From: an uncultured delta proteobacterium
GTDB lineage: Bacteria > Myxococcota > Kuafuiibacteriia > Kuafuiibacteriales > Kuafuiibacteriaceae
Reading direction: 5' to 3'
Assembly: GCA_963803435.1 (NCBI GenBank)
Contig: CAWDML010000008.1
Location: 672,001-736,000, forward strand
DNA: 64,000 nucleotides
Shown: piece after piece, positions 41,439 to 51,044 of the stretch
Numbering within the stretch: position 1 is the stretch's first letter
Layout of the letters: each line of letters starts with the position of its first letter
Made by a program: the position numbers and the translations under genes
The notes under the pieces: generated by a model
Told to the model about the DNA's origin: nothing
Seen by the model: the letters and a program-made list of their open reading frames with translations, nothing else
Database searches by the model: none

Positions 41439-43117
41439 AGACGATCACCACGCTCACGTTCCTCTCGATCCTGTCCGCCTGCAGCGGCGGCTCCGGCGAC
41501 GACGCCACCTTCGTGCCCGGCGGCGACTTCCCGCCCGCCGGCGCCTCCCTGGTCTTCGCCTCCATCGGCGACTACGGCGACACCGGCGACCTGGCCGACG
41601 GCGAGACCAACACGCTCCAGGTGGCGAAGCTGGTGAAGTCCTGGGACCCCGACTTCATCGTGACGGTCGGCGACAACGACTACACCGACGGCGAGTTCGC
41701 CGGCTCGTTCACCGGCCTCGATCTCGGCGTCGGCCAGTACTTCGCCGAGTACATCGGCGACTATCGCGGCACCAAGGGCACAGGCGCCGCTGAGAACCGC
41801 TTCTTCCCGATCCCCGGCGATCACGACTACGGCGACGATTGCGACAACCCCCGGCTCGGCGACTACCTCGACTACTTCACGCTTCCCGTGGGCGAGACCG
41901 ACGAGACCTACTACGACGTGCGCCGTGGACCGGTGCACATCTTCACCATCGACAGCATCGAGGAGTGTCATCAGGACGGCGGCGCCAAGCTGGCCGCCGA
42001 GCGCGCCTGGCTGGAGCGCACTGCGCGGGCCTCCGACGCGCCGTACAAGATCGTGCTCATCCACCAGCCGCCCTTCTCCTCGGGCGCCCGGCACGGGAGC
42101 AACCCGCGCACCCAGTGGCCGTACGCGGACTGGGGCATCCAGCTGGTGATGTCGGGCGACGATCACATCTACGAGCGCATCGAGAAGGACGGGGTCACCT
42201 ACCTGGTCAACGGGCTGGGCGGCGTGGAGAAGCACGACATCGGCGCGCCCATCGAAGGCAGCCAGGTTCGCTACAACGCCGAGTACGGCGCCGTCGGGCT
42301 GGCGGTGCTCGCCGATCGTCTGGAGGTGGCCTTCGTCTCCGTCACGGGCGTGCTCGTGGATCGCTTCACAATCTCGAACCCCAGCCTCGACTGGTTCCGG
42401 CCCGCGCTCGACACCACCTGGCAGTGGCAGCTCCAGGGCACGATCGACCAGAGCTACGACGTCGATCTGTACGACGTGGATCTCTTCGAGACCGACCAGG
42501 GCACCATCGACGCGCTCCACGCCGCCGGCCGTCGCGTGATCTGCTACTTCTCGGCCGGGTCCTACGAGGACTTCCGGGCCGACCGGGACGCCTTCGCCGC
42601 GACCGATCTGGGGAGCACGCTCGACGGCTACCCGCACGAGCGCTGGCTCGACGTGCGGACCGAGTCGGTCCGGAGCGTCATGAGGGCGCGCCTGGACCTG
42701 GCTGCCGCCAAGCAATGCGACGGGGTCGAGCCCGACAACGTGGACGGCTACAGCAACGACACCGGCTTCCCGCTGACAGGCGAGGACCAGCTCGCGTTCG
42801 ACCGCTTCCTGGCCGCGGAGGCCCACGGCCGCGGCCTGGCGGTCGGTCTCAAGAACGATCTCGATCAGGTGGCGACGCTGGTGGACGACTTCGACTTCTC
42901 GCTCGACGAGCAGTGCCACGAATACGACGAGTGCGAGCTCCTCCAGCCCTTCGTCCAGGCCGGCAAGCCGGTGTTCGTCGCCGAGTACCTCGATCGCTAC
43001 GTCAGCGACACCGGTGAGCGCGACGCGCTCTGCGCCTCCTCGCGAAGCGCCGGCCTCCACACGCTGGTGCTCCCGGTCGATCTCGACGACAGCTTCCGCT
43101 ACAGCTGCGAGCCTTGA
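41435..43117 (+). CDS. Lipoprotein: metallophosphoesterase fused to GH114 endo-alpha-1,4-polygalactosaminidase
   Basis: IGDYG, VGDN.Y, PGDHDY, HQPPFSSG, GDDHIYER; then WQWQL, ICYFSAGSYE, DGVEPDNVD, GLKND. Confidence 0.85.
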   Translation: MKTITTLTFLSILSACSGGSGDDATFVPGGDFPPAGASLVFASIGDYGDTGDLADGETNTLQVAKLVKSWDPDFIVTVGDNDYTDGEFAGSFTGLDLGVGQYFAEYIGDYRGTKGTGAAENRFFPIPGDHDYGDDCDNPRLGDYLDYFTLPVGETDETYYDVRRGPVHIFTIDSIEECHQDGGAKLAAERAWLERTARASDAPYKIVLIHQPPFSSGARHGSNPRTQWPYADWGIQLVMSGDDHIYERIEKDGVTYLVNGLGGVEKHDIGAPIEGSQVRYNAEYGAVGLAVLADRLEVAFVSVTGVLVDRFTISNPSLDWFRPALDTTWQWQLQGTIDQSYDVDLYDVDLFETDQGTIDALHAAGRRVICYFSAGSYEDFRADRDAFAATDLGSTLDGYPHERWLDVRTESVRSVMRARLDLAAAKQCDGVEPDNVDGYSNDTGFPLTGEDQLAFDRFLAAEAHGRGLAVGLKNDLDQVATLVDDFDFSLDEQCHEYDECELLQPFVQAGKPVFVAEYLDRYVSDTGERDALCASSRSAGLHTLVLPVDLDDSFRYSCEP

Positions 43118-43127
43118 GCTGGGCGGC

Positions 43128-43604
43128 TCACTCCCCGTTCTTCAGACCCTCGTCGACACCCTTCTGGAACTCGTCCGCGGCCTGGTCGACCTCGCGGAGG
43201 AACTTGCCGACGCCCTGGCCGAACGAGTGGATCTTCTCCCGATCGAGCCGGCCCTCCGGGGTCTCGATCGCCGACTTGAAGGCGTCGACGAGCGCGCGCG
43301 CGGTCTGTCCGGCCTGGTCGGCGGCGCCGACGGCCAGCGCCTCGACCAACATCTTGGCCAGCTCGACTCTGACGCTCTCGGTGGCTTCGGCGTAGCCGCG
43401 GCGGAGCTCGCGTCGTTCGTCCGCGTCGGGGAGGTCGCGGTCGGCGCGGTCGAGATCCGCCGTGAACCGGTCGAAGGTGAGCTGGCCGGCGCGGAGCAGC
43501 TTCGCGTGCTCCTCCCCGAGGGCGAAGCCGCGCTCATAGGGGCTCTTGGTGCAGGCGGCGAGGGTGAGAAGGAGGGACAGCGCGAGGAGGATGGCTCGGG
43601 TCAC
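43128..43604 (-). CDS. Small helical lipoprotein
   Basis: Lipobox LAAC; Ala/Glu/Lys-rich helices. Confidence 0.6.
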   Translation of the reverse strand: MTRAILLALSLLLTLAACTKSPYERGFALGEEHAKLLRAGQLTFDRFTADLDRADRDLPDADERRELRRGYAEATESVRVELAKMLVEALAVGAADQAGQTARALVDAFKSAIETPEGRLDREKIHSFGQGVGKFLREVDQAADEFQKGVDEGLKNGE

Positions 43605-43655
43605 GCCCCGATCACTAGACACGCGGGGAGCCGGCGTCAAAGGCCTGCGCTCGAG

Positions 43656-44649
43656 CTAGTAAAGGAGGTAATCGCTGGTCACCTCGACGCCCTCGACCGT
43701 GCACTCGGCGCTTCGGCCCTCGGCGTTCTTCTTGTAGACGTTGTCGTTTCGCGCTGCCGTCTTCCGGCGCTCGTTCGCCTTCTGCTTCCTGAGCCCGCTG
43801 ACGAACTCGCTCACCGCATCCGGCGCGACGCTCTCCCGACGGGTCGCCTTCGCGTTGATCGCCTCCATCGCGACGGTCGCGAGGAGCGCGCCCCGGTGGT
43901 TGCCGAACAGCTTGTGGCTCGCGAACCAGCGGGCCCCGACGACCTTCCCGCCGACGGCGTAGGCGATCCCGACGACGTTGCCGGCCGTTTCATCGAGGCC
44001 CTTCGTCATCCGGGTGACCAGGAAGTCTCGCTTCTTGGCCACGTCCACAGCGTCGTAGGTCGCCATGAGAGTCCCTGAGGCGGCGGCCTTGCCGTTCGAG
44101 CTGTTGACCTCGGCGACCTTGTCCCAGACCTCGGACTGATCGCGCTCGTACTGTCCTGCGCCGCGGACCTTGGAGGTGGCGAGCGCTTTCGCGGTGGACC
44201 CGAAGACCCCGTCGGTATCGGTGCCGCCGCGGCGCTCGTCCCAGCGTCCGTGCTCGACGCAGAAGGCGTCGACGTCGACGGTGCTCTTGGGGCCGATGAC
44301 GAAGTCCTGTCCGATCTCGGCGATTCTGCTTGCCGCCCTTCACCACTGTCCCCGCGAGGACGAGGATGGAGATGGCGCCTCGATTCTCGATCACCAGCCG
44401 GTTGACCTCGGCCCCCGACGCGTCCTGGTTCCCGAGGTGACCGATTCCTCGGATCTCGGCGAGCTTCTTCTCGAGCGCGGTCTCGAGATCGATCGCGTCG
44501 TCGAAGCGGGGGTCGTCGGTTCCGAGGATTGGAAAGAGGGTGACGCCCTCGAGCACGATTGGGGCGCCGACGAGCTTGTCGGTGCCCTCGATGGGACTGC
44601 CGGCGGAGAGCGAGGAGACGAGGAGCAGGGAGAGGATTGTGGTGGTCAT
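43656..44649 (-). CDS. ARPP-1/DUF6569 family protein with signal peptide (frameshift near 44325)
   Basis: VNRLVIEN, GTVVKGGKQ, FCVEHGRW, QSEVW. Confidence 0.7.
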
Positions 44650-44754
44650 CTCGCCGATGATGCCTGCGTCGCGGCGGCCTGCTTGTAAACGGTTCGTAAA
44701 AGCTCGTGCGCGGCATGGTTTGACTTCCCAAACCACGAGACAAAAAGTGGTCCC

Positions 44755-45174
44755 ATGAAACCCTTGATGTGGGCCGCTCCGGCGGTCCTCCTCGGTGCGA
44801 GTCTTTCCGCATGCCATCAGATGAGCCCGCAGCATGACGAAGCCTTCGGCCGACTGACCGTCGACGAGGTCGCGGCGAAGCAAAAGGAGAACGCGGTCTT
44901 CATCTACGACAACAACCCCAAGGAGATGTTCGAGGTCGCCCACGTGCCGGGCGCGCGATGGCTCGACAGCTCCAAGATCACCCCCGCGGATCTACCGGGG
45001 GACAAGGACGCAACACTCATCTTCTACTGCGCCAATGAGCATTGAACGGCGTGCCACGAGGGCGCCGTGAGCGCTCTGAACCTCGGCTACACCCACGTGT
45101 TCATCATGCCCGCCGGCATCCAGGGCTGGAAGGCCGCCGGTTTGCCGACCGAGGCCGCGCCGACCACGGGCTGA
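44755..45174 (+). CDS. Rhodanese-domain lipoprotein, probable selenoprotein (UGA at 45043-45045)
   Basis: HVPGA, LIFYCANEH-UGA-TACH...LGYTHVFIMPAGIQGWKAAGLP; the domain completes only by reading through the UGA. Confidence 0.8.
45059..45077 (+). promoter_or_regulatory. Candidate bacterial SECIS hairpin
   Basis: Stem AGGGCGC/GCGCTCT (7 bp, one G-U), loop CGTGA separated from the UGA by 20 nt, G at loop position 2. Confidence 0.6.
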
Positions 45175-45283
45175 GGAGGCCACGCGCCCGCACAAGTTCA
45201 ACGTGCGGCTGATCGCTGGAGCGTTCGCGATCCGGAGATCGAGTCTGACGCCCCGGACCGCCGCCCCGCGGGCGAGCTGACGG

Positions 45284-48200
45284 TCAGTGGCACTTGTTGC
45301 AGCCGCTGGTGCTCTTGCTGTTGCTGATTCCGGCGTTGTTCGGCCGGTGCTTGAACGCCCAGATGTTCGTGCTGGCGGTCGTCGCGCTGTACTGGTGACA
45401 GGCGCCGCAGCGGGTCAGGTTCGAGTCGGTGTGGCTCGCGGTGAAGTGCCGTCCATCGTACGTGCCGGTCACCGAGAAGGTCTGGCTGAACTGGTGGCCG
45501 TCGCCGGTGGGGTGGTTGAGCGACGGGGTGACCGTCAACGTGGCCAGCAGCTGATTGGTGAAGGCGTGACAGGTCACGCAGCCGCCTGAGTTCGCGTTGG
45601 AGTTGGCGTGGCCGTACTTGAGGTTGGCCACGGTGCCGTTGAACGCCGAGAAGTTGATGTGGCACGAGATGCAGGTGTTGCCGTTGCTGGTGCCTCCGAA
45701 GTGATTGGCGATCGGGATGGTGAGGTGCGTGCCCGCCGAGCCGCCAGGGCCGTGGCAGGTGCTGCACGCCAGCGAGCTCCCGTTGGTCGGGCCGCTCGAC
45801 GCGTGGGCGCCGGTCGCGCCCTGCCAGTTGGGCGTGGTGGGGTTGGTGCCGGGCCAGGCGTGGCAGTCGGAGCAGTCCTGGGGCGACGTCGCGGTGAACG
45901 CCGAGTGGTCTTGCTGCGTGTAGACCGCGGTCGGCTTCACGTTCATGTGGCAGTTGCTGCAGCGGGCGGTGGTCCCGTTGAGCATGAGCGGTTTGGATGC
46001 GTTGAAGTTCTGGTGGAAGCTGGCCTGCGCCCACTCCTTGCCCTGGATCGCCGGTGCCATCGAAGCGCCCTGCTGCGTATGGCAGAGCTTGCAGTCGTTG
46101 GCGCTGGCGTTGGCGTCGGCGTGGGAGATCTGATCACGGGTGCCGGCCGGAACTCCCGTCGACGCGCCTGCGCTGGTCAGGTGCGCCGAGTCGTTCAGCC
46201 CGTTGGGGAGGTTGTTGTTGGTGCCGACCATACTGCCTGCCCCGTTGGTCAATCCGTGGCACTCGCGGCAGGTCGTCGCGTTGGCGATCGGCCCGTGCAG
46301 CCGGGAAGTCCGGTCCCAAGCGCTCCCCGAAGCGGCGGCGTCGTTGGCATGGCAGGTCGAGCAGTCCTTTCCCGCGAGGAGGCTCGAGCCGTGGTTCATC
46401 CACTGCGCCTGGTTGGTCGCGCTCGCGCCCTGCACGAGGTTGTACGAGATCGTCCCCTGCGTGCTCATCGCGGGCAGGGCGACCGCGTGACACTCGCCGC
46501 ACGCCGCGGGCTGGTCGATCACGGACGGGTGGAAGGCGCCGGTCCGCCAAAGCGTTGTGGCCAGCGGTGTCCGTGTCGCCCGACTCAGCGCGTTGTCGTG
46601 GCAGGTGTCGCACCGCTGTGACGTCAGCTGGCTCGACCGGTGCTGCATGCGGTATTCGTTGGTTGAGACCACGTCGGACCGCGCGCCATCCGCCATCAGC
46701 GGGTAGTGGCACGAGGTGCAGTCGGCAGGGATGGCGCTCCCGATGTTCGCGTGGAAGACACCGTCGTTCCAGCCGGTCGAACCGGCGGCGGTGCGATGGC
46801 AGGTCGAGCAGTCGAGGTCGGAGGCCGCGCCGGCCATCACTCCGCCGATGTCGACCGCGGCGCTGAAGGTCGCCGCGTGGTCCATCGCCCTGAAGCTCGA
46901 TCCTTGACGCTCCACGATGTCGATCGGCCGCACCGTGTGGCAGTCGCCGCAGGCCGTCGGCTGGGCCAGCGGCGTGATCGCGGCGCCGGGCGTGGCGCGA
47001 TAGCTCTCGAGCGACGCATGGAACACGCCGTTCGACAGCTCGGTGACGACCCCGTTGTTGTTGGTGTGGCAGTGCCAGCACTTGGTTTCGTCGGGAGAGC
47101 CGGTCGGCCCTGCGTTCATCTCGGCAGGCAGCTGGGCCGACGTGTGCAAGAACGCGTTCGGATAAGTGCTGGTTCGAAGGCTGGTGCCCGTGACCAGATT
47201 GTTCGGACCCGAACGCTGGAGCACGATCTCGTCGACGGTGATGCGCTGGGTCGTCGAGCTGACCAGTACGGACCCCGGGTAGCCGATCGCTCCCCGCCAG
47301 TCTCCGCCCGGCAGCATCCCGCTCCCCGGGTCGAACAGGTCCACGTAGCTGCCGGCCGCGACCGTCGCCTGGTGGCAGCCGATGCAGTCACCGCGGCCGT
47401 CGGTCGAATGATCGAAGCCGAGCAGCGCAGCCATCGCGGCGGCGTTCGCGCCGGGCAACAGGTCGGGTCGCTGCGTCGTGTGACAGTTGATGCAGGTCGT
47501 CGCAGCGAGCGTGCTGGCGCCGTGAACGAAGCGTCCGTCCGCCCAGTCTTGATTGTCGCCCCACTGGCCGGTGCCGGGACCATGGTGGCACTCGACGCAG
47601 TCCTGCCCGGCGCCGTGCGTGATGCTCAACGAGTTCACTCCGTAGTCGAACGGTGAATCGCGATAGGTCGAGCTGGCCCATCCCTGAGTGTCGCTGGGAC
47701 GCTCGCCCGCATGGCACGGAAGGCAGCTCGAAGGTGTCGGGTCGCCGGTGTTGTGGAAATTCCCGCCGGCCCAGGAGGTGAAGGTTGGCGCGGACGCCGC
47801 GTGGCAGCGCTGGCAGTCGGCGAGGGCCTCCGGTGCGCGGTGATCGAACTCGAGCCCCGCAGCGAGGCTCGAGTTGTCCGAGGTGACGACATCGGGCCGA
47901 GAGTTGGCGTGACAGTCCACGCAGGAGCTCGGCTGAGCCGATTCGCCGAGCGGCGCGTGGAACAGCACCGTCGCGTCCGGCTGACTGGCCCAGCTCGGAG
48001 CACCGCTCGCCGTGTGGCATGGGAAGCAGTTGGCGGGGACCGCCGGCGTCGTCGTGGGCGCGCCGCTCGCCCACAGCACCGCGTCGTGTTTCATCTCTCC
48101 GGAGGGGGGCGTTCGTTCCGGCGCCGTCGCGGTGGGACCCACGAAGCCGATCGGGCGCGAGCCTGCGTGACAGTCGGTGCAGTCCGTCGGCTGATCGAGC

Positions 48201-49066
48201 CCGAGATCCTCGATGGTCGCGTGGAAGAGGCCGGGGAGATACTGCCCCTCCGCAGCGTCCGGGTGGCAGTTCGTGCAGGCGCTGAGGGACTCGCTCGCCA
48301 CCGCGGTCGTGGCGTGGTTCATCGGCATCTTCAGCGTCTGCGCCAACGGATCCAACGTAATGATCGACGTCCCGTTGTACGACGGGATCAACGCCTCGAT
48401 CTCCAGATCGTGTGCGGGATCAGAGAGGTCGCCCTCCGGGACGCCGTCGCCGGAGAGGTCGAGATGTCCATCCGCGTGACGAGTGGGCATCGCGATGGTC
48501 ATGCCGGGGCCGACGACCGGCGCGTGGCAGCCCTCGCAGGCGGTGCTGTTCGGGTGCGGGGCCGGCGGAGGCAAGCTGTGGCAGGAACCGCAGCTCGCCT
48601 GCGTTCCGTCGACGATGTCCCAGCGCGGTGTGTTGTTCGTGCCGCCGCCCAGAGTCGCGCCGTGGCAGTACACGTTCGTGCAGGTCTTCGTCTTGCGATC
48701 CCAGGTCGGTGTCGCGCTCGAAGTGTGCGATAGCGGGCCGAAGATCACCTCGGCCGGGAGCGGTGTATCGATGTGGCCGGGGTCGTCCACAGCCTCCGGG
48801 ACGAGGTGACACTCCGAGCAGCTGACAGGTCGCATGAGGCCGGCGCCCAAGACGTGCTGCTGGTGGGCGCCGACGCCGATCGAGGCCGTGTCCATGCTGC
48901 CATCGAGCGCCCTCGGGGGCGCGGCGTTGCTGTTGCCTCCATGGCACGACCGGCACCCGCCCGTCCGCTCGTCGACGGGCAGGTCTCCTCCGGCACACGC
49001 CGAAGCCAGCCCCCACACCAGCAGCCCGAGGCAACCCGAGTCTCTTCGTCTCCGCTGGCTCACCAC
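45284..49066 (-). CDS. Large multiheme c-type cytochrome lipoprotein (29 CxxCH plus 1 CxxxxCH)
   Basis: Motifs counted by hand; lipobox LASAC; N-terminal CxxxxCH...CxxCH module; GTG start approximate. Confidence 0.9.
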   Translation of the reverse strand: MVSQRRRRDSGCLGLLVWGLASACAGGDLPVDERTGGCRSCHGGNSNAAPPRALDGSMDTASIGVGAHQQHVLGAGLMRPVSCSECHLVPEAVDDPGHIDTPLPAEVIFGPLSHTSSATPTWDRKTKTCTNVYCHGATLGGGTNNTPRWDIVDGTQASCGSCHSLPPPAPHPNSTACEGCHAPVVGPGMTIAMPTRHADGHLDLSGDGVPEGDLSDPAHDLEIEALIPSYNGTSIITLDPLAQTLKMPMNHATTAVASESLSACTNCHPDAAEGQYLPGLFHATIEDLGLDQPTDCTDCHAGSRPIGFVGPTATAPERTPPSGEMKHDAVLWASGAPTTTPAVPANCFPCHTASGAPSWASQPDATVLFHAPLGESAQPSSCVDCHANSRPDVVTSDNSSLAAGLEFDHRAPEALADCQRCHAASAPTFTSWAGGNFHNTGDPTPSSCLPCHAGERPSDTQGWASSTYRDSPFDYGVNSLSITHGAGQDCVECHHGPGTGQWGDNQDWADGRFVHGASTLAATTCINCHTTQRPDLLPGANAAAMAALLGFDHSTDGRGDCIGCHQATVAAGSYVDLFDPGSGMLPGGDWRGAIGYPGSVLVSSTTQRITVDEIVLQRSGPNNLVTGTSLRTSTYPNAFLHTSAQLPAEMNAGPTGSPDETKCWHCHTNNNGVVTELSNGVFHASLESYRATPGAAITPLAQPTACGDCHTVRPIDIVERQGSSFRAMDHAATFSAAVDIGGVMAGAASDLDCSTCHRTAAGSTGWNDGVFHANIGSAIPADCTSCHYPLMADGARSDVVSTNEYRMQHRSSQLTSQRCDTCHDNALSRATRTPLATTLWRTGAFHPSVIDQPAACGECHAVALPAMSTQGTISYNLVQGASATNQAQWMNHGSSLLAGKDCSTCHANDAAASGSAWDRTSRLHGPIANATTCRECHGLTNGAGSMVGTNNNLPNGLNDSAHLTSAGASTGVPAGTRDQISHADANASANDCKLCHTQQGASMAPAIQGKEWAQASFHQNFNASKPLMLNGTTARCSNCHMNVKPTAVYTQQDHSAFTATSPQDCSDCHAWPGTNPTTPNWQGATGAHASSGPTNGSSLACSTCHGPGGSAGTHLTIPIANHFGGTSNGNTCISCHINFSAFNGTVANLKYGHANSNANSGGCVTCHAFTNQLLATLTVTPSLNHPTGDGHQFSQTFSVTGTYDGRHFTASHTDSNLTRCGACHQYSATTASTNIWAFKHRPNNAGISNSKSTSGCNKCH

Positions 49067-49221
49067 GAGAGGTGGTCGCCTCGGGTCCGCCAAACGTTGA
49101 ATCGATCTTCGGGGGCTGTCGTAACTCGAGGTGTTATCGGGGTTTTCTGCGGGCGGGGATGGCCGGGAGCTCGCTCGGAAGGAGCGAGGCCGGGGGGAGA
49201 CATCCCTGCCACCGCCCGAAG

Positions 49222-50160
49222 TTAGCCGGCCGATCGAGGCTCGGCAATCGCAGGCGCGAGAACGTAGTCGATCGCACCGCAGACGGCCGCGACCTGGGCC
49301 GCGTTGCAGATCTCGGGCGTCACCTTTGGGCTGTCCGGGTACACCTCGGTCGTGCTGGTGTAACGAGCCTCGGTGATCCCGGCGCACAGGCCCAGCGCTC
49401 GGAACGCGTACTCGATGACCCCGCGCTGTGCGAGGTTACAGCCGATGATCTGTCCCTGGTCGTCGGGCTCCGCGATGTGCGTCACCCGCTCGACGCGAGC
49501 GATGATCGCGGTCTGGAAGTCGGGCTCCGGGCTCGCCTCGTCGTCGACCAGGTAGAAGCCGTCGGGGATCACGCCGGGCTCCGTCGGCTTTCCATCGCGC
49601 GCCGCGAGCGCGGGACGGAACTCCGTCTCGTCGGTGTCGGTGGTCTCGTGCAGATCGATATGCATGACGAAGTCCGCGGCCAGGCCGTCGAGGAAGCTCA
49701 TCAGCGCCCGGCACTCTTCGGAGGGACTGTCGGCCACGAACGAGCGATTCGGGTCGATCGCGGCCGGATTCCAGCGATGGATGACCTCGTAGCCCCATGG
49801 GCTCACGCAGGGCGCCACCACGAGATTGACGCGATCGACATAGGAGGCCGCCTCCCCGGCGAGGAACGCAAGCGCACCCTGGACCCCGCTGGTCTCGTAG
49901 CCGTGGACCCCGCCGGTGATCAGCACCCACGGTGCATTCCCACGCGCTCGCGGGCCGCGAACCGCGAACAGCGGATAGCGCCGGGGATCGATGCTGAGCG
50001 CGCCGTACGGCTGCACCTCGAACGGTGCCCCGAGCGCCTCGAGCTTTTGCAGCACCTCGTCTCGATAGCTCCGCTGCACCCGCTGCTCGGCCTGCCAGGC
50101 GTCCTTGTCCGCCTGAGTCCAAGGCCGGCCCGGTTCTCCGATGTGATAGAAGCGGTTCAT
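49222..50160 (-). CDS. M14 family metallocarboxypeptidase (succinylglutamate desuccinylase/aspartoacylase-like)
   Basis: GGVHGYETSG, DPNRSF, IDLHET, TTEVYPD. Confidence 0.88.
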   Translation of the reverse strand: MNRFYHIGEPGRPWTQADKDAWQAEQRVQRSYRDEVLQKLEALGAPFEVQPYGALSIDPRRYPLFAVRGPRARGNAPWVLITGGVHGYETSGVQGALAFLAGEAASYVDRVNLVVAPCVSPWGYEVIHRWNPAAIDPNRSFVADSPSEECRALMSFLDGLAADFVMHIDLHETTDTDETEFRPALAARDGKPTEPGVIPDGFYLVDDEASPEPDFQTAIIARVERVTHIAEPDDQGQIIGCNLAQRGVIEYAFRALGLCAGITEARYTSTTEVYPDSPKVTPEICNAAQVAAVCGAIDYVLAPAIAEPRSAG

Positions 50161-50363
50161 GGTCCGGGCGAGACTAGCATGCCGGTCTCGACTCAGGGTT
50201 GCGGAGCCGAGATGGCTCGCTCCAATCAGCGCGCCGCGCGGCCTTCAATAACGCCCCGTCAAAAGCCTCGTGCTCGTGCGTGAAGGTCGGCCGTAGCGTC
50301 CAACCGACAAGGATGAGGAACGTAGACAACATGTGCTCTCTCTTGTTTTGCGATGGAGGATTC

Positions 50364-50702
50364 ATGAAGAATTTGAAGCTCATTCTCGCCGCTCTGCTCG
50401 TTACCTCGGTTTCCTTGTTCGCGTGTGGCGGCGAGGATCCCGGGACGGGGGGGCTCGAAGCCAACGACGAGTTGGGCGTCACCTCGAGCAGCGTTCGGCA
50501 GGACGGCGCCACCTGCATGGTCGACTGCAGCACCGGCTCGCATTCGGAGTGCTACAACCGCTGGTACATGGTCCGACACGCCCTCCCCAACGTGACGGCC
50601 CACTGCGCGGACACCGCTGCGCTCTGGTGCAGGAACCGCGGCTGGAGCGTGTACAGCGTCTGGTGGTCCCACAATCCCGAGAACCGGGCTTGGTGCTACT
50701 GA
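50364..50702 (+). CDS. Small Cys/Trp-rich lipoprotein
   Basis: GGAGGA ribosome site, lipobox LFAC, six further Cys. Confidence 0.7.
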   Translation: MKNLKLILAALLVTSVSLFACGGEDPGTGGLEANDELGVTSSSVRQDGATCMVDCSTGSHSECYNRWYMVRHALPNVTAHCADTAALWCRNRGWSVYSVWWSHNPENRAWCY

Positions 50703-51044
50703 CTCGCTCGCGCGAGGTGGCGCTCGCCCGCCATGCGTCAGCTTCAGTGGAGGACGCAGGGCACGTCGGTGGGGTTGTTGGCTCGATTGCAGACGAACCC
50801 GTAATCTCGCAGGTCACCAGAGCGGCCAAGATGTTGCCCCGGCCGACGTTGCCCGTCAGCGACGCGATCGTGCACATGAGCTTCTGTCGATACGCTCTGT
50901 TGAGCGCTTGGTTGTACTCCATGAGGTCGTCGCACGCGGCGTAGGCCGATGTTGGTGCGCTTGCCACGCCGTAGGCGCGAGCATGCGGCATTAAGCCACG
51001 GTCGGCCGGTTTCGGATCCCTTTTTCGGTCTCACCTCGTGAGCC

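Noticed and set aside
45046-45068. Alternative hairpin ACGGCG/CGCCGT directly after the UGA as the SECIS
   Set aside because: Its loop is only about 10 nt from the UGA and lacks an early G; the 45059-45077 hairpin fits better, although the two could compete.
49067-49387. Upstream extension of the cytochrome ORF
   Set aside because: Overlaps the M14 peptidase 3' end and precedes the signal/lipobox.
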